A stretch of 64,000 nt of DNA. It comes from Bacillota bacterium. GTDB lineage: Bacteria > Bacillota > SHA-98 > UBA4971. Of this stretch, positions 40,187 to 49,606 are shown piece after piece. The notes beneath the pieces were generated by a model. It had not been told where the DNA came from. It saw only the letters and a program-made list of their open reading frames with translations, and did not search any database. Numbering within the stretch: position 1 is the first letter of the stretch; every line of letters begins with the position of its first letter. Location: NCBI GenBank assembly GCA_050949175.1, contig JBMNFG010000011.1:195749-259748 (forward strand), in the 5' to 3' direction. The translations under genes were made by a program, and so were the position numbers.

Positions 40187-40837
40187 GTGACTGATTCATC
40201 ATGGCTGAAGAGCGTGGGAGATGCCCTTCTAAGAACAGAGAATATTATTATGATTGTGGCCATAGGCATCCTGGTCTATCTTTTGTGGCTCACAAATCCA
40301 TCTAAAACGAAGACAAGTGCAGGTAGAAGGCCTGTCTATACGATAACTGAAATCGGCGTGGCTGTTGCGCTTGCTTCGATACTCGGTATGATTAGACTCT
40401 ACAGAATGCCTCAAGGAGGCTCAGTTTCCCTGGAAATGCTGCCTATCTTCTACGTCGCACTCCGGAGCGGCGGAGGTGTAGGCATACTGACAGGCCTTGC
40501 ATTAGGGCTTGTACAATTGCTCTTAGGAGCGTATATCGTCCATCCGGTGCAACTCCTTCTTGACTACCCTCTGGCATTTGCCTTCCTCGGAGTGGCAGGT
40601 TTCTTCCGAAGACACCAGGTGCTCGGAATCATCTTAGGCGGGCTGGGCAGGTTCATAATGCACGTATTGTCAGGCGTTGTGTTCTTCGGAACCTATGCCC
40701 CGGAAGGGACTAACGTGTGGCTGTACTCAATGACATATAATGCGTCTTATATGATACCTGAACTCATCATCTGCATAATCGTCATGCTTGTCCTGGGTTT
40801 AGGGAGAAGCACCTCCACATCTGTGGGAAGAGGGTAG
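40187..40837 (+). CDS. thiT: thiamine transporter ThiT (ECF S-component, YuaJ family)
   Basis: 6-TM protein. The block LRSGGGVGILTGLALGLVQLLLGAYIVHP...LLLDYPLAFAFLGVAGFFRR aligns to L. lactis ThiT (LRRGLTAGLVGGLIWGIL...HAYIL...LEYLVAPVSLGIAGLFRQ). GTG start with a GAGGAG RBS. The TPP riboswitch lies upstream. Confidence 0.78.
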   Translation: MTDSSWLKSVGDALLRTENIIMIVAIGILVYLLWLTNPSKTKTSAGRRPVYTITEIGVAVALASILGMIRLYRMPQGGSVSLEMLPIFYVALRSGGGVGILTGLALGLVQLLLGAYIVHPVQLLLDYPLAFAFLGVAGFFRRHQVLGIILGGLGRFIMHVLSGVVFFGTYAPEGTNVWLYSMTYNASYMIPELIICIIVMLVLGLGRSTSTSVGRG

Positions 40838-41038
40838 CCCAAAGAAAAGAGTAGTCAGGGAAAGCAGCAGCACTATAGAACTAATGAAGTTTATTGTCCA
40901 TTGTCTCATATTGAAGTCCCTCCCTGAGCGAATGGTCATAGTGTATAAGTGGGAAGCATAAGCACTACTACAAGAAGGAATACTTATACTGACCTTTACA
41001 ACTTTACAATTTTAGTTTGGATGGGAGGGCGCGAGGCA

Positions 41039-41797
41039 ATGGAAAGCGTGAGAGAGCCAATGGATACTCAAGTAGCAGAAATTGCGCCTGAAGTATCCAC
41101 CCAGGAAAAACCTAAGAAGAAGAGAAAGCGGCATGTATTTACTGAGTATGAAGACGGGCTTCTAAGGAAGGTCCTGGAGAAAAAGCCGGGGGAACGGAAG
41201 AAGGAAATCGAAAGGCTTGCAAATCTCTTTCAGGTTCCTTATCTTACTTTGAGACACAGGTTTTATACGGTTATAAAGAAGCGCGCTGATGAAGAGGCTA
41301 AGGCAGCAGCTAAGAAGCGCGCCGCTCGGGCTGTTGAGGAGGTAATTCCAACCGCAATCGTGCCTCCTGAGGCAATACCTGATACCGAGCCCCGTCTTCA
41401 CAAAGATCCCATGGAAGAGATCCTGACTTTGCCTGCACGGGTGGAGCGTCTGGAAAAACGGATGTATGGAATGCTCGACCTCAAAGGCTTTGTAGATAGG
41501 CTGATCGACATCCAACACCAACTCGAACGGGAGCAAGAGCTCCTTGAGGAATTGGCTCGGAAAGAGCGGGAAATCGAACGCATTCAGGCTGACATGCAAA
41601 AGAAGATGGAGCGGATGAAAGCCCGGGAAGAGGAATTGGATGACCTGTATAAGCAGCTGGAAGTCACTCTCCACCAGTTTATGAACTTGTCATCCATAGA
41701 CAAACTGAAGGTGCTGGGCGATTTCACCATCAAGATAGAAACAGTAGTTGATAAATTCGGTAATATCATAAGGAGACGGCCAATCGTTGTACCATAA
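41039..41797 (+). CDS. putative Myb/SANT-like (RsfA-family-like) regulator with C-terminal coiled coil
   Basis: HVFTEYEDGLLRKVL...YLTLRHRFYTVIKKR resembles the RsfA helix-turn-helix; the Glu/Arg/Leu-rich C-terminus is coiled coil. ATG at 41039 with a GGGAGGG RBS. Confidence 0.38.
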   Translation: MESVREPMDTQVAEIAPEVSTQEKPKKKRKRHVFTEYEDGLLRKVLEKKPGERKKEIERLANLFQVPYLTLRHRFYTVIKKRADEEAKAAAKKRAARAVEEVIPTAIVPPEAIPDTEPRLHKDPMEEILTLPARVERLEKRMYGMLDLKGFVDRLIDIQHQLEREQELLEELARKEREIERIQADMQKKMERMKAREEELDDLYKQLEVTLHQFMNLSSIDKLKVLGDFTIKIETVVDKFGNIIRRRPIVVP

Positions 41798-41835
41798 TCA
41801 CACGTAATCGCACGTAATCGCACGTAATCACACAT
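41795..41835. repeat. 10-bp unit CACGTAATCG x4
   Basis: Direct reading. Confidence 0.8.
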
Positions 41836-42015
41836 AATCAGGATTGAGCTTAATGGCACCCCACAAATGCCATACACGTGGGTTTATCAACGGCGCGTGC
41901 CGATCATCCTCGCATGGACTCAATCGTGCTTCGGCACACACCGTGCTCACTCAGGTTTGCATCGCTGATACGCATGTTTTAAACTCTGTGCGTATCAGCA
42001 ATGTCATCCTGGACA

Positions 42016-45000
42016 TCATGTGATAAGTATTGCTTTTCTCATGGATAGAAGATATATGTAAGCCTCTTTTACAGGTTTTTTATAGATAGTCTCCAAAGCT
42101 TCTTTGTATACTAGGATCTGGCCAAGATACCTGCCGGCAATTGCCTCGGGATCATCCCCCGGCCTTCCGCCGGTCTTAAAGTCGATGAGGACAAACCCGT
42201 CATCTTCGTCAATAATGCAGTCAATGATACCTTGGACCAAGACGCGTTCGGTCTCAAGGACATCTTCGCCAAGCCCGGAAAGCTCGGGATATACTCTTGC
42301 AGCCGGAATTCCCAGAGAGAACGGTACCTCCCGCATAACTCTGTCAGGGTCTGCCGTGACACGCCTGCCCAAAGAACTCTCGAAAAAGTCACTGATCGAT
42401 CGAACATCAACTTCGCGCGCAAGTTCACCGGTGAGAAGCTCAGCATCGACCATCGTTTCGATACTCTCCTCGATGCTGGAGACATCCAATGGCCCTTTAA
42501 GATCTAAGTGCTGAATAACGAGGTGAGTGGCTTCCCCGCGCTCAGAAGGGGTAATTTTGGCTGATTGGAGAAATCCGGGAGGCGGCGCAAGCCGGCCTTG
42601 CTCAGGCGGAGCAGGAAACGCATCTTCCCGGCTCAATTCCGCATCTTCCGTGCTGAAATCGAATCTACGTTTTATCTCAGCCCAGGCTACTTTAGATGCC
42701 TTCTCCGCCAAAGGGCTGTACGGGTATTGCCAGGATGCGTGCGCCTGGATTTCCTGCCAGAGCTCGGGGTTAGGTTGCCTGCCAAGGGGGTGTGCCCTGA
42801 CAACCAGGTTCCAATCAATGTCTGCTCCTTTTAACCCTGAGTCTGTTAAGTTCTCAAACCCTGAACATGCTTCGCCCACAGAAAGCACGCTGACTGTGAA
42901 TTCAGCAAGATCATCGTAAACAACAGGATCCGCAGAATACCTGCCTGAGTCCTCATCCCCCGGTATTCGGGCTCCGTTTTTGTGCCGGACAAGACACGGC
43001 CCTACCCAATCCAGGAACCGTCTGGCCGAGTACAGCACATCCTCAGGCAAACCCCATCCTGTTGCCGGAGCGTTGGAACGCCATTCGGCAGCGGCTTTCG
43101 TAAGGTCCTTGTCTGATCCTACCAGGATCAATCTCTCTCTCGCCCTTGTCATGGCCACATAAAGGACGCGCATCTCTTCAGAGATTGTCTCCTTGAGCCT
43201 CGCCTCTCTCACGCCGTGATATGCAATTGTCGGATATTTAATCCGCTTTAAAAAGTCAGAATACACAGGCCCGAGCCCCTCTTCTGAATGGAAAAGGATA
43301 TCGCCTTTAAGGTCTTGCATATTGAACTCTTTCCCCATATCAGGGATGAAAACCACAGGGAACTCCAAGCCTTTGCTCTTGTGGATACTCATGATCCTTA
43401 CCACGTCTTCAGTCTCCCCTAAGGCCCTAGCTGTCCCAAGATCCCCTTCGGCCTCTCTCAACCTGTCAATAAAGCGAAGGAACCTTACCAGGCCTTGCCG
43501 GGAGAACCTGTCAAACTGCCTTGCGCGTTCGTGAAATGCCCTGAGGTTCGCCTGACGCTGGACGCCTCCGGGCATACCGCCGACATAGTCAAAGTACCCG
43601 GTATCGCGGTACAGCTGCCATACTAAAGCTGAAAGAGGAACCCTTCGCGCCACTGTTCGCCAGGATTCCAACCTCTCCAAGAATCCTGCAACCTTAGATG
43701 CGAGCTGCACATCTTCAAGCTCTGACGGAGCAGTCTCCAAGGCATGATAGAAGTCATTGTCCTTGCTGCACAAACGGATCTTAGCCAGCTCATCAGGGGA
43801 GAAACCGACTAATGGCGAACGGAGCACGGCAGCAAGGGGAATATCTTGCCTCGGGTTGTCGATGATCCTCAAAAGCGACAGCATCGTCTCTACTTCAACT
43901 GCCTCAAAGTAGCCTGTTCCAAGCTCTGCATAAGCCGGGATATCCGCTTGCCTGAAAACCTCCATCAACACATTTGCCCTTGCCTTCGTAGCGCGCATCA
44001 GCACAACGATATCCCGATATGACACAGGCCTATAGGCCTTTCTTTCTTTATCCCACACTTGAAACTCAGGGCCCGGATCGGTTGTTGTGCCTCGCACCAT
44101 CTCCGCAATGCGGCGGGCTATCAATCTCCCTTCAACCTCCAAGGCTTCCAGGTCTTCCGGATCCTCCGGATCTTTCAGGTCTTCCGGATCTTCGTCTTTC
44201 CATCCCCTGTCAGTGTCTTTGTCCGCAGCACCTCCGGGGCTGCCGTCACCGGGCCTGCCTGGCAGGTCTTCTACGTCACCTGACACCTGCCTATCCCAAG
44301 CAGCCCCCCTGTCAACTAGGTACACCTCTACAGGAGGGTTATCGATGTCCCCTCTGAAAAGCCCGGTATCGTGGGCAGGATAATCATATCCTGCCACCAA
44401 TTCAGCATCAGCATCATAGTCAATCTCGCCTACGCCTTGTGAAAACACCTGGCGAAAGATGAAATTGACGAAATTAATCACCGACTGCCTGCTACGAAAA
44501 TTCTTCGCAAGGTCAATCCGTTTACTGTCACCGGTTGCATCGCCTTTTGGATATTCTCTATGTTTCTCCATGAACAGCCTGGGCTCAGCCAGGCGGAACC
44601 TGTATATACTCTGCTTTACATCGCCTACCATGAAGCTGTTCCTGGGAGATGAAACAAGGCTCAAAATCTCATTTTGAACAGGGTTAATATCCTGGTACTC
44701 ATCGACCAGGATTTCCTTATACCTCTCCTGCAGCTCCTTCGCAACGTCAGACCCGGTCCATCCCCCTGTCTCTTCATCCGGCTCTCTCAGCACCTCCAGG
44801 CACAGATGCTCAAGATCATTAAAATCTACCAGGCTCTTCTCACGCTTTGCAGCCGTATACGCTTTGGCAAATTCCTTCACCACATGGACGAAGGCCTGCA
44901 TAGACTGGGCTATCGCTCTGATATCGTCAACCAGTTCTTGAGGAGGCCTTGAAAAGCAGTCCTCCTTTAGGCCTTTTAGGAGTTCTCTTGCCTCATTCCT

Positions 45001-45951
45001 TCGGGCTTGGGCTTCAGATTTCAAATCCTCATCACAAGAGCCAGGTTTTGCACTTGGAAGACGCGCAAACTCCAACGCGCTCAACAGCCGGGCAAGCCCT
45101 TCCCAATCCTTGTCCGTGCACGCCTCCAGTATCTTGCTGCAAGAATCCATCTCAGCCCTGAGCAGCTCTAAATAGGAGGAAGGGCCTCCGGGCATGCCTG
45201 CCAGCTCCACTGCCCGCTCAAGGCTGCGGTATGCCATCTGTGCTTTGCGTATCACTCCCTGGCGGGCACGTTCTGCCCAATGCAGGTCATAGATGGAGGT
45301 ATCAGCCTTGATAGAGAACATTGAGGACAGCCGGGACAACCATTTATTAGGATCAGGCCTGCTCCGGGAAAACTCATAAACACGGAGGGCCAGGTCTTTA
45401 ACTCTTTCGTCACCCCTTCTGCCTCCGTACCTGTCTATGAGATCTGTAAAAGCATCTGCGAAGAGAGGATCGTCATAGAAGCTTTCAAACAGCTCATCTA
45501 TAACTTCCAGCTCCAGCAGCTGGCTTTCCACGTCATCCATTACTCGAAAAGCAGGGTCGATTCCCAATCTGTAGAAATACTGCCTGATGATCCTGTGACA
45601 AAAAGAATGGATCGTCGAGATGTCAGCCCTGCTGACCAAGGCCAATTGCTTGGCAAGCCTTGTGCATCCGGGGTTGGAATCCAGCTCCTCTTCCAGAGCT
45701 CTTGCTATTCTGTCCCTCATCTCGGATGCTGCTGCATCAGTAAAAGTGACAACAAGCAGCTCGTCTATGTCTACAGGATTCTGAGCACGAGTAAGGAGGT
45801 AGACTACCCGCTCGACTAAGACTGCAGTCTTCCCTGCACCTGCTGCAGCAGAGACCAGGAGGTTGCGGCCTCGTGTAGTTATTGCATCCAGCTGCTCTTC
45901 AGTCCACTTGATTTTACTCTTGGCACTAGGGGATCCTGTCTTATCTGTCAT
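42016..45951 (-). CDS. addA: ATP-dependent helicase/nuclease subunit A AddA
   Basis: UvrD-type helicase motifs (AAAGAGKTAVL, the later helicase motif blocks) and a C-terminal RecB-type nuclease. The start ATG overlaps the addB stop codon as ATGA. Contains an acidic low-complexity insert. Confidence 0.93.
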   Translation of the reverse strand: MTDKTGSPSAKSKIKWTEEQLDAITTRGRNLLVSAAAGAGKTAVLVERVVYLLTRAQNPVDIDELLVVTFTDAAASEMRDRIARALEEELDSNPGCTRLAKQLALVSRADISTIHSFCHRIIRQYFYRLGIDPAFRVMDDVESQLLELEVIDELFESFYDDPLFADAFTDLIDRYGGRRGDERVKDLALRVYEFSRSRPDPNKWLSRLSSMFSIKADTSIYDLHWAERARQGVIRKAQMAYRSLERAVELAGMPGGPSSYLELLRAEMDSCSKILEACTDKDWEGLARLLSALEFARLPSAKPGSCDEDLKSEAQARRNEARELLKGLKEDCFSRPPQELVDDIRAIAQSMQAFVHVVKEFAKAYTAAKREKSLVDFNDLEHLCLEVLREPDEETGGWTGSDVAKELQERYKEILVDEYQDINPVQNEILSLVSSPRNSFMVGDVKQSIYRFRLAEPRLFMEKHREYPKGDATGDSKRIDLAKNFRSRQSVINFVNFIFRQVFSQGVGEIDYDADAELVAGYDYPAHDTGLFRGDIDNPPVEVYLVDRGAAWDRQVSGDVEDLPGRPGDGSPGGAADKDTDRGWKDEDPEDLKDPEDPEDLEALEVEGRLIARRIAEMVRGTTTDPGPEFQVWDKERKAYRPVSYRDIVVLMRATKARANVLMEVFRQADIPAYAELGTGYFEAVEVETMLSLLRIIDNPRQDIPLAAVLRSPLVGFSPDELAKIRLCSKDNDFYHALETAPSELEDVQLASKVAGFLERLESWRTVARRVPLSALVWQLYRDTGYFDYVGGMPGGVQRQANLRAFHERARQFDRFSRQGLVRFLRFIDRLREAEGDLGTARALGETEDVVRIMSIHKSKGLEFPVVFIPDMGKEFNMQDLKGDILFHSEEGLGPVYSDFLKRIKYPTIAYHGVREARLKETISEEMRVLYVAMTRARERLILVGSDKDLTKAAAEWRSNAPATGWGLPEDVLYSARRFLDWVGPCLVRHKNGARIPGDEDSGRYSADPVVYDDLAEFTVSVLSVGEACSGFENLTDSGLKGADIDWNLVVRAHPLGRQPNPELWQEIQAHASWQYPYSPLAEKASKVAWAEIKRRFDFSTEDAELSREDAFPAPPEQGRLAPPPGFLQSAKITPSERGEATHLVIQHLDLKGPLDVSSIEESIETMVDAELLTGELAREVDVRSISDFFESSLGRRVTADPDRVMREVPFSLGIPAARVYPELSGLGEDVLETERVLVQGIIDCIIDEDDGFVLIDFKTGGRPGDDPEAIAGRYLGQILVYKEALETIYKKPVKEAYIYLLSMRKAILIT

Positions 45952-48900
45952 ACCTTTTCGCCTTTCCCTCCGGAGGCACACCCTTGGCCTTGTATTACCG
46001 ACCAGAACTCGTCATCCTCCAGTCGTCTCAGGTTGCGGTAGGTATTGCCGCGAATCAAGATATCAAACCCGCATACCGGTTTGTAACTGCAATGCTCACA
46101 CGCTCGCTTAGTCCCTTTCCTGTATGGTTTGATCCCTATCTCTCCCCTTCGGATCTCTTCAGCGAGGTCCTTCAGTTTATCCTTCAAAAACTCAGAAAGA
46201 ACCTCATACTTCTCTGAATCAATAACAGGCGCCTTCGACCTCTTCGAGGGGAGCCCTTTCTTCGTTATGCCTGCAGCAATCAGTTTCGATTCTCTACCGG
46301 CTTCGACCTGGGAATCCATAAGTTGTATTACATCTTTACCTCCTATGATGATCCCGTTCATTCGGAGTTTCTTCATGCGTTCTTCTTCCAGTTCATCGTC
46401 GTCGATGGGGCCGTCGGCGGAAACAAACGGGTCAATTATGGGGAAGTACAGAGCACCTGCAGGCAGGACTTCTGTCCCCTTGGATTTCTTCCAGTTCTCC
46501 ACAACTACAAGGAGATAGACAAGGAGCTGGAGGGTAAGCCCGTAGTACACATCGTGAAGACGCAAGGATTTTGGGCTGCTTTTGTAATCGATGACCCGAA
46601 CATAGCAGCTATCCTCTGACTCTGCGATATCGACCCTGTCTATGCGGCCTCTTATCGCCAGGCTTCCACCTGTCTCAAGGGGGATGCTAAGAGCAGGCAT
46701 TCCTCCCGGCTCGCCAAAAACCACCTCATGCTCTATCGGCTGAAAGCTGCTATGCTTTTCGTGTTCCGCCAAAACGGCAACTGCATTATTAAGTATCCTC
46801 TCAAGCACCCTTGCCATATAACGATACCTGGCAGATGACAAGAGGATTTCGTTTTGGAGTTTAGGCGCCAGTTCATCCACTATCCCTTTAACAAGATCAG
46901 CGATCTCAGACTGCTCCATAGCTGCCAGTCTTTTTGAATCTTCAAGCTCAGAAAAAAGCCTATTCATTGCTTCGTGCATAAACATGCCCATTCCCGGGGG
47001 CTCCAGCTTATAGAGCTCCCTCTCTTTAAGCCCTAAGATACTCCCGGCAAAATGAGCAAACGGACACGATGCAAACTTCTCCAGCCGGGTTACGCTTGTG
47101 CGCAACCGATCTTTGATATAACCTTCGATCACAGGCTTGCTGAGCTTTCCTGCATCGTTTGAGAACCCAAGACTCCCCAGGATGAATGAGGCATCCTTTC
47201 GCCGGCCGGGCTCGCTTACAAGCCATTCATAGACATCCAACCAGAACCCGCCGATCTGCTGTCCGCCGCGGCTTCTCTGGAAGACCCGGGAAAGAAGGGC
47301 TGCAGCCTTCTTCTCCGATGTGATGCTGTCAAGGGCCTCGTCTCCGGGTGCAGGCAGATCCATCCCTTTGAACTCCTCTTTGACTTTAGGAAAGAGCTCC
47401 TTTATCTGACCGACAACCTGGGATGGGCGTTTTGCTTTTCCTTCCCCGTCAGCCAGGGGATAGCTTATCTGGAGGAAATCCCATGCTCTGGTAAGGGCAA
47501 CATAGACGTTGTATTGCTCCTGCAATTGAGTGAGCCTGCTGTCAGGAGCAATGGCCAGGTGAGACTCTTTTAACCGCAGCCTGTCCCGGTCTGTAAGGAT
47601 AGAGTCTTCCGCTGTCCGCTTGGGGAAAGCGTCATATGTAGCTCCCATCAGGAAGGCCGCCTTAAGCGGAGGATGTCTCGACCTGTCAGTTGAACCTACT
47701 ATGACCTGGTCCAAGGCCGGCGGAATAAGACCGAGAGTCAGGTTCTCGAGGCCTGCCTCCATTATTTCAGCGAATTCTTTCGAAGACATCTCCTTATCGC
47801 CTAGAGCTTGGACGACTTCATCAAGGAGTTCGATAATGGCATTCCAAACCTGTTCGTTTTCCCTTGCCCCTTCCGGATCCCCTGAATCAATACGCTCCTT
47901 TCGCCACTTGTCCAAGCGCTGATCGACTCCCAAACCGATGAGAAGCTCAAATAAGGCTTCGGCCATATCCCGCACTGAGATGCTGGGTCTCTGCAATCTG
48001 CGGTAGAACGTTATTAAGTCTTCCGTAGCCCTTCTTCTGACATCATCAATAATCGTGAGAGGATCTTCGTCTCCGGCCCAGTCTTCCTGTATGACTTCCT
48101 CAGGTTCGCCGAATCCGTATGTCCGCCGGAAAGCCCACGGCTTTGCATCAAGCCATGACTCTCCCAGAATGCCGTGGGCTAGCACGTAGTTTTCCAGTAT
48201 ATCGACTTCGCTTCGCAACACGGGAATAAGGTCTGTTTTCAGGTAACGGAATACAGGCTCCTGCCTGAACCCGTACGAAGCTATCTCAAGGGCTGATCTT
48301 ATGAGTTCAATTAAAGGGTGATGGGCCACAGGACGTCTTCTGTCTATAAAACACGGTATCCCGTAATCCCGGAAGATCGGTGCGATGAGGTCGTGGTATT
48401 CATCGAGTTCAGGGACGATGACTCCTATATCGCGAAAGCGCATGCCTTCTTCCCTTACAAGCCTGAGGATCTCCAGGGCCACAGCTTCCGTTTCAGCCCT
48501 GGGATTTGCACACGCCACCAACTTAAGCCCGTGCGGTACTTCCGTAAACCGTTTGGCCGGCCTTGAAGCGAATTCCCGCTCAAGATGGCAAAGGGCAGGC
48601 ACTCTCTTCGGGGCATCTTTACCGTCAAGGATCAAAGGAGGCTCTATCTCAACGTTAAGCTCGTAAGCAAGGCTTTTGAGATAATTGTACGTCTCCCATG
48701 TAGGATAAAAGAGATCTATTTCTGAAGGGCGCCGAGATGCATCTTCGGGATCCAACAGGAGAGCGATGTTGACTTCCTCTGCAGCGACAAGCAATGCACC
48801 GAGCACCGAATACTCCTGCGGAGCAAAACCTCGAAACCCGTCAACCCACACAATCGCCCCTCGCACCAGACTCGACTTACGTATCCTTTGTGCAGCGCAA

Positions 48901-49460
48901 GTCAGGTACTCGTCAGGGTCCAGGTACTTATCTCCCAGATACTCGCGATAGGCTTTGGTCAAGATTATGAGATCGTTCAGTTTAAGAGTGACAGGAATAT
49001 CACCGAGGCCCTTATCCACAAGCTCATCTCTGGCTTTCTCCAGGTCGGGAAGACTGACGTTATACATGCTCATTTCCTTTAAAGTGGAAGACAGGCACGC
49101 AGCAAATCCATACTGCTTTGATGCCGAGGCAAAAAGCCTGAGGCTGTCCCTGTTTTCATGGATCAAGGATCGCAAGGCCATAACCTTGCCGAGCTCTCTG
49201 ATTTGTTTACGCCCGCCCCCTCCCACCTCATTCAGAACCCTGCCTGCAAGCCGCTGGAAGCTTAGCACCTGTGCACGGGCAAACCCGCGCAAGCCGGGCA
49301 TGTTGATGAGCATATGCTCCATCTGGAAGGTAGCCTGATCAGGCACAAGGAGAATAATGGGGGGTCCGTTGGGGTCCTCGATAAGGGCTTTTCTGATGTT
49401 TTCAAGACAGGTGCGGGTCTTGCCTGTTCCCGCCCGTCCCAAAATGAATCTTAGACTCAT
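45948..49460 (-). CDS. addB: ATP-dependent helicase/nuclease subunit B AddB
   Basis: 1170 aa. N-terminal Walker A GRAGTGKT and a C-terminal nuclease with the Fe-S Cys cluster CEHCSYKPVCGFD. Confidence 0.9.
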   Translation of the reverse strand: MSLRFILGRAGTGKTRTCLENIRKALIEDPNGPPIILLVPDQATFQMEHMLINMPGLRGFARAQVLSFQRLAGRVLNEVGGGGRKQIRELGKVMALRSLIHENRDSLRLFASASKQYGFAACLSSTLKEMSMYNVSLPDLEKARDELVDKGLGDIPVTLKLNDLIILTKAYREYLGDKYLDPDEYLTCAAQRIRKSSLVRGAIVWVDGFRGFAPQEYSVLGALLVAAEEVNIALLLDPEDASRRPSEIDLFYPTWETYNYLKSLAYELNVEIEPPLILDGKDAPKRVPALCHLEREFASRPAKRFTEVPHGLKLVACANPRAETEAVALEILRLVREEGMRFRDIGVIVPELDEYHDLIAPIFRDYGIPCFIDRRRPVAHHPLIELIRSALEIASYGFRQEPVFRYLKTDLIPVLRSEVDILENYVLAHGILGESWLDAKPWAFRRTYGFGEPEEVIQEDWAGDEDPLTIIDDVRRRATEDLITFYRRLQRPSISVRDMAEALFELLIGLGVDQRLDKWRKERIDSGDPEGARENEQVWNAIIELLDEVVQALGDKEMSSKEFAEIMEAGLENLTLGLIPPALDQVIVGSTDRSRHPPLKAAFLMGATYDAFPKRTAEDSILTDRDRLRLKESHLAIAPDSRLTQLQEQYNVYVALTRAWDFLQISYPLADGEGKAKRPSQVVGQIKELFPKVKEEFKGMDLPAPGDEALDSITSEKKAAALLSRVFQRSRGGQQIGGFWLDVYEWLVSEPGRRKDASFILGSLGFSNDAGKLSKPVIEGYIKDRLRTSVTRLEKFASCPFAHFAGSILGLKERELYKLEPPGMGMFMHEAMNRLFSELEDSKRLAAMEQSEIADLVKGIVDELAPKLQNEILLSSARYRYMARVLERILNNAVAVLAEHEKHSSFQPIEHEVVFGEPGGMPALSIPLETGGSLAIRGRIDRVDIAESEDSCYVRVIDYKSSPKSLRLHDVYYGLTLQLLVYLLVVVENWKKSKGTEVLPAGALYFPIIDPFVSADGPIDDDELEEERMKKLRMNGIIIGGKDVIQLMDSQVEAGRESKLIAAGITKKGLPSKRSKAPVIDSEKYEVLSEFLKDKLKDLAEEIRRGEIGIKPYRKGTKRACEHCSYKPVCGFDILIRGNTYRNLRRLEDDEFWSVIQGQGCASGGKGEKV

Positions 49461-49606
49461 GGATTATTCCTCCGCTCCTTCATAAATTGTTCCTCTTGTT
49501 GATAAAAAATCCTCCTCCCCTTGGATCCACAGGAAGTTCCCCTTGACGCAATATTGAACTTGGGGCATGCTTGATCCGAAGACGTGTTTGAGAGGAGAAG
49601 GCCACA

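Noticed and set aside
40949-41038. N-terminal 30 aa of the 40949-41797 ORF (MGSISTTTRRNTYTDLYNFTILVWMGGREA)
   Set aside because: No RBS. The ATG at 41039 is preceded by GGGAGGG at ideal spacing. The upstream part is probably untranslated.
45951-45981. GTG start at 45981 for addA
   Set aside because: The ATG at 45951 forms the classic ATGA overlap with the addB stop codon and has a GAGGGAAAGG RBS. The 10-aa extension is basic and atypical.
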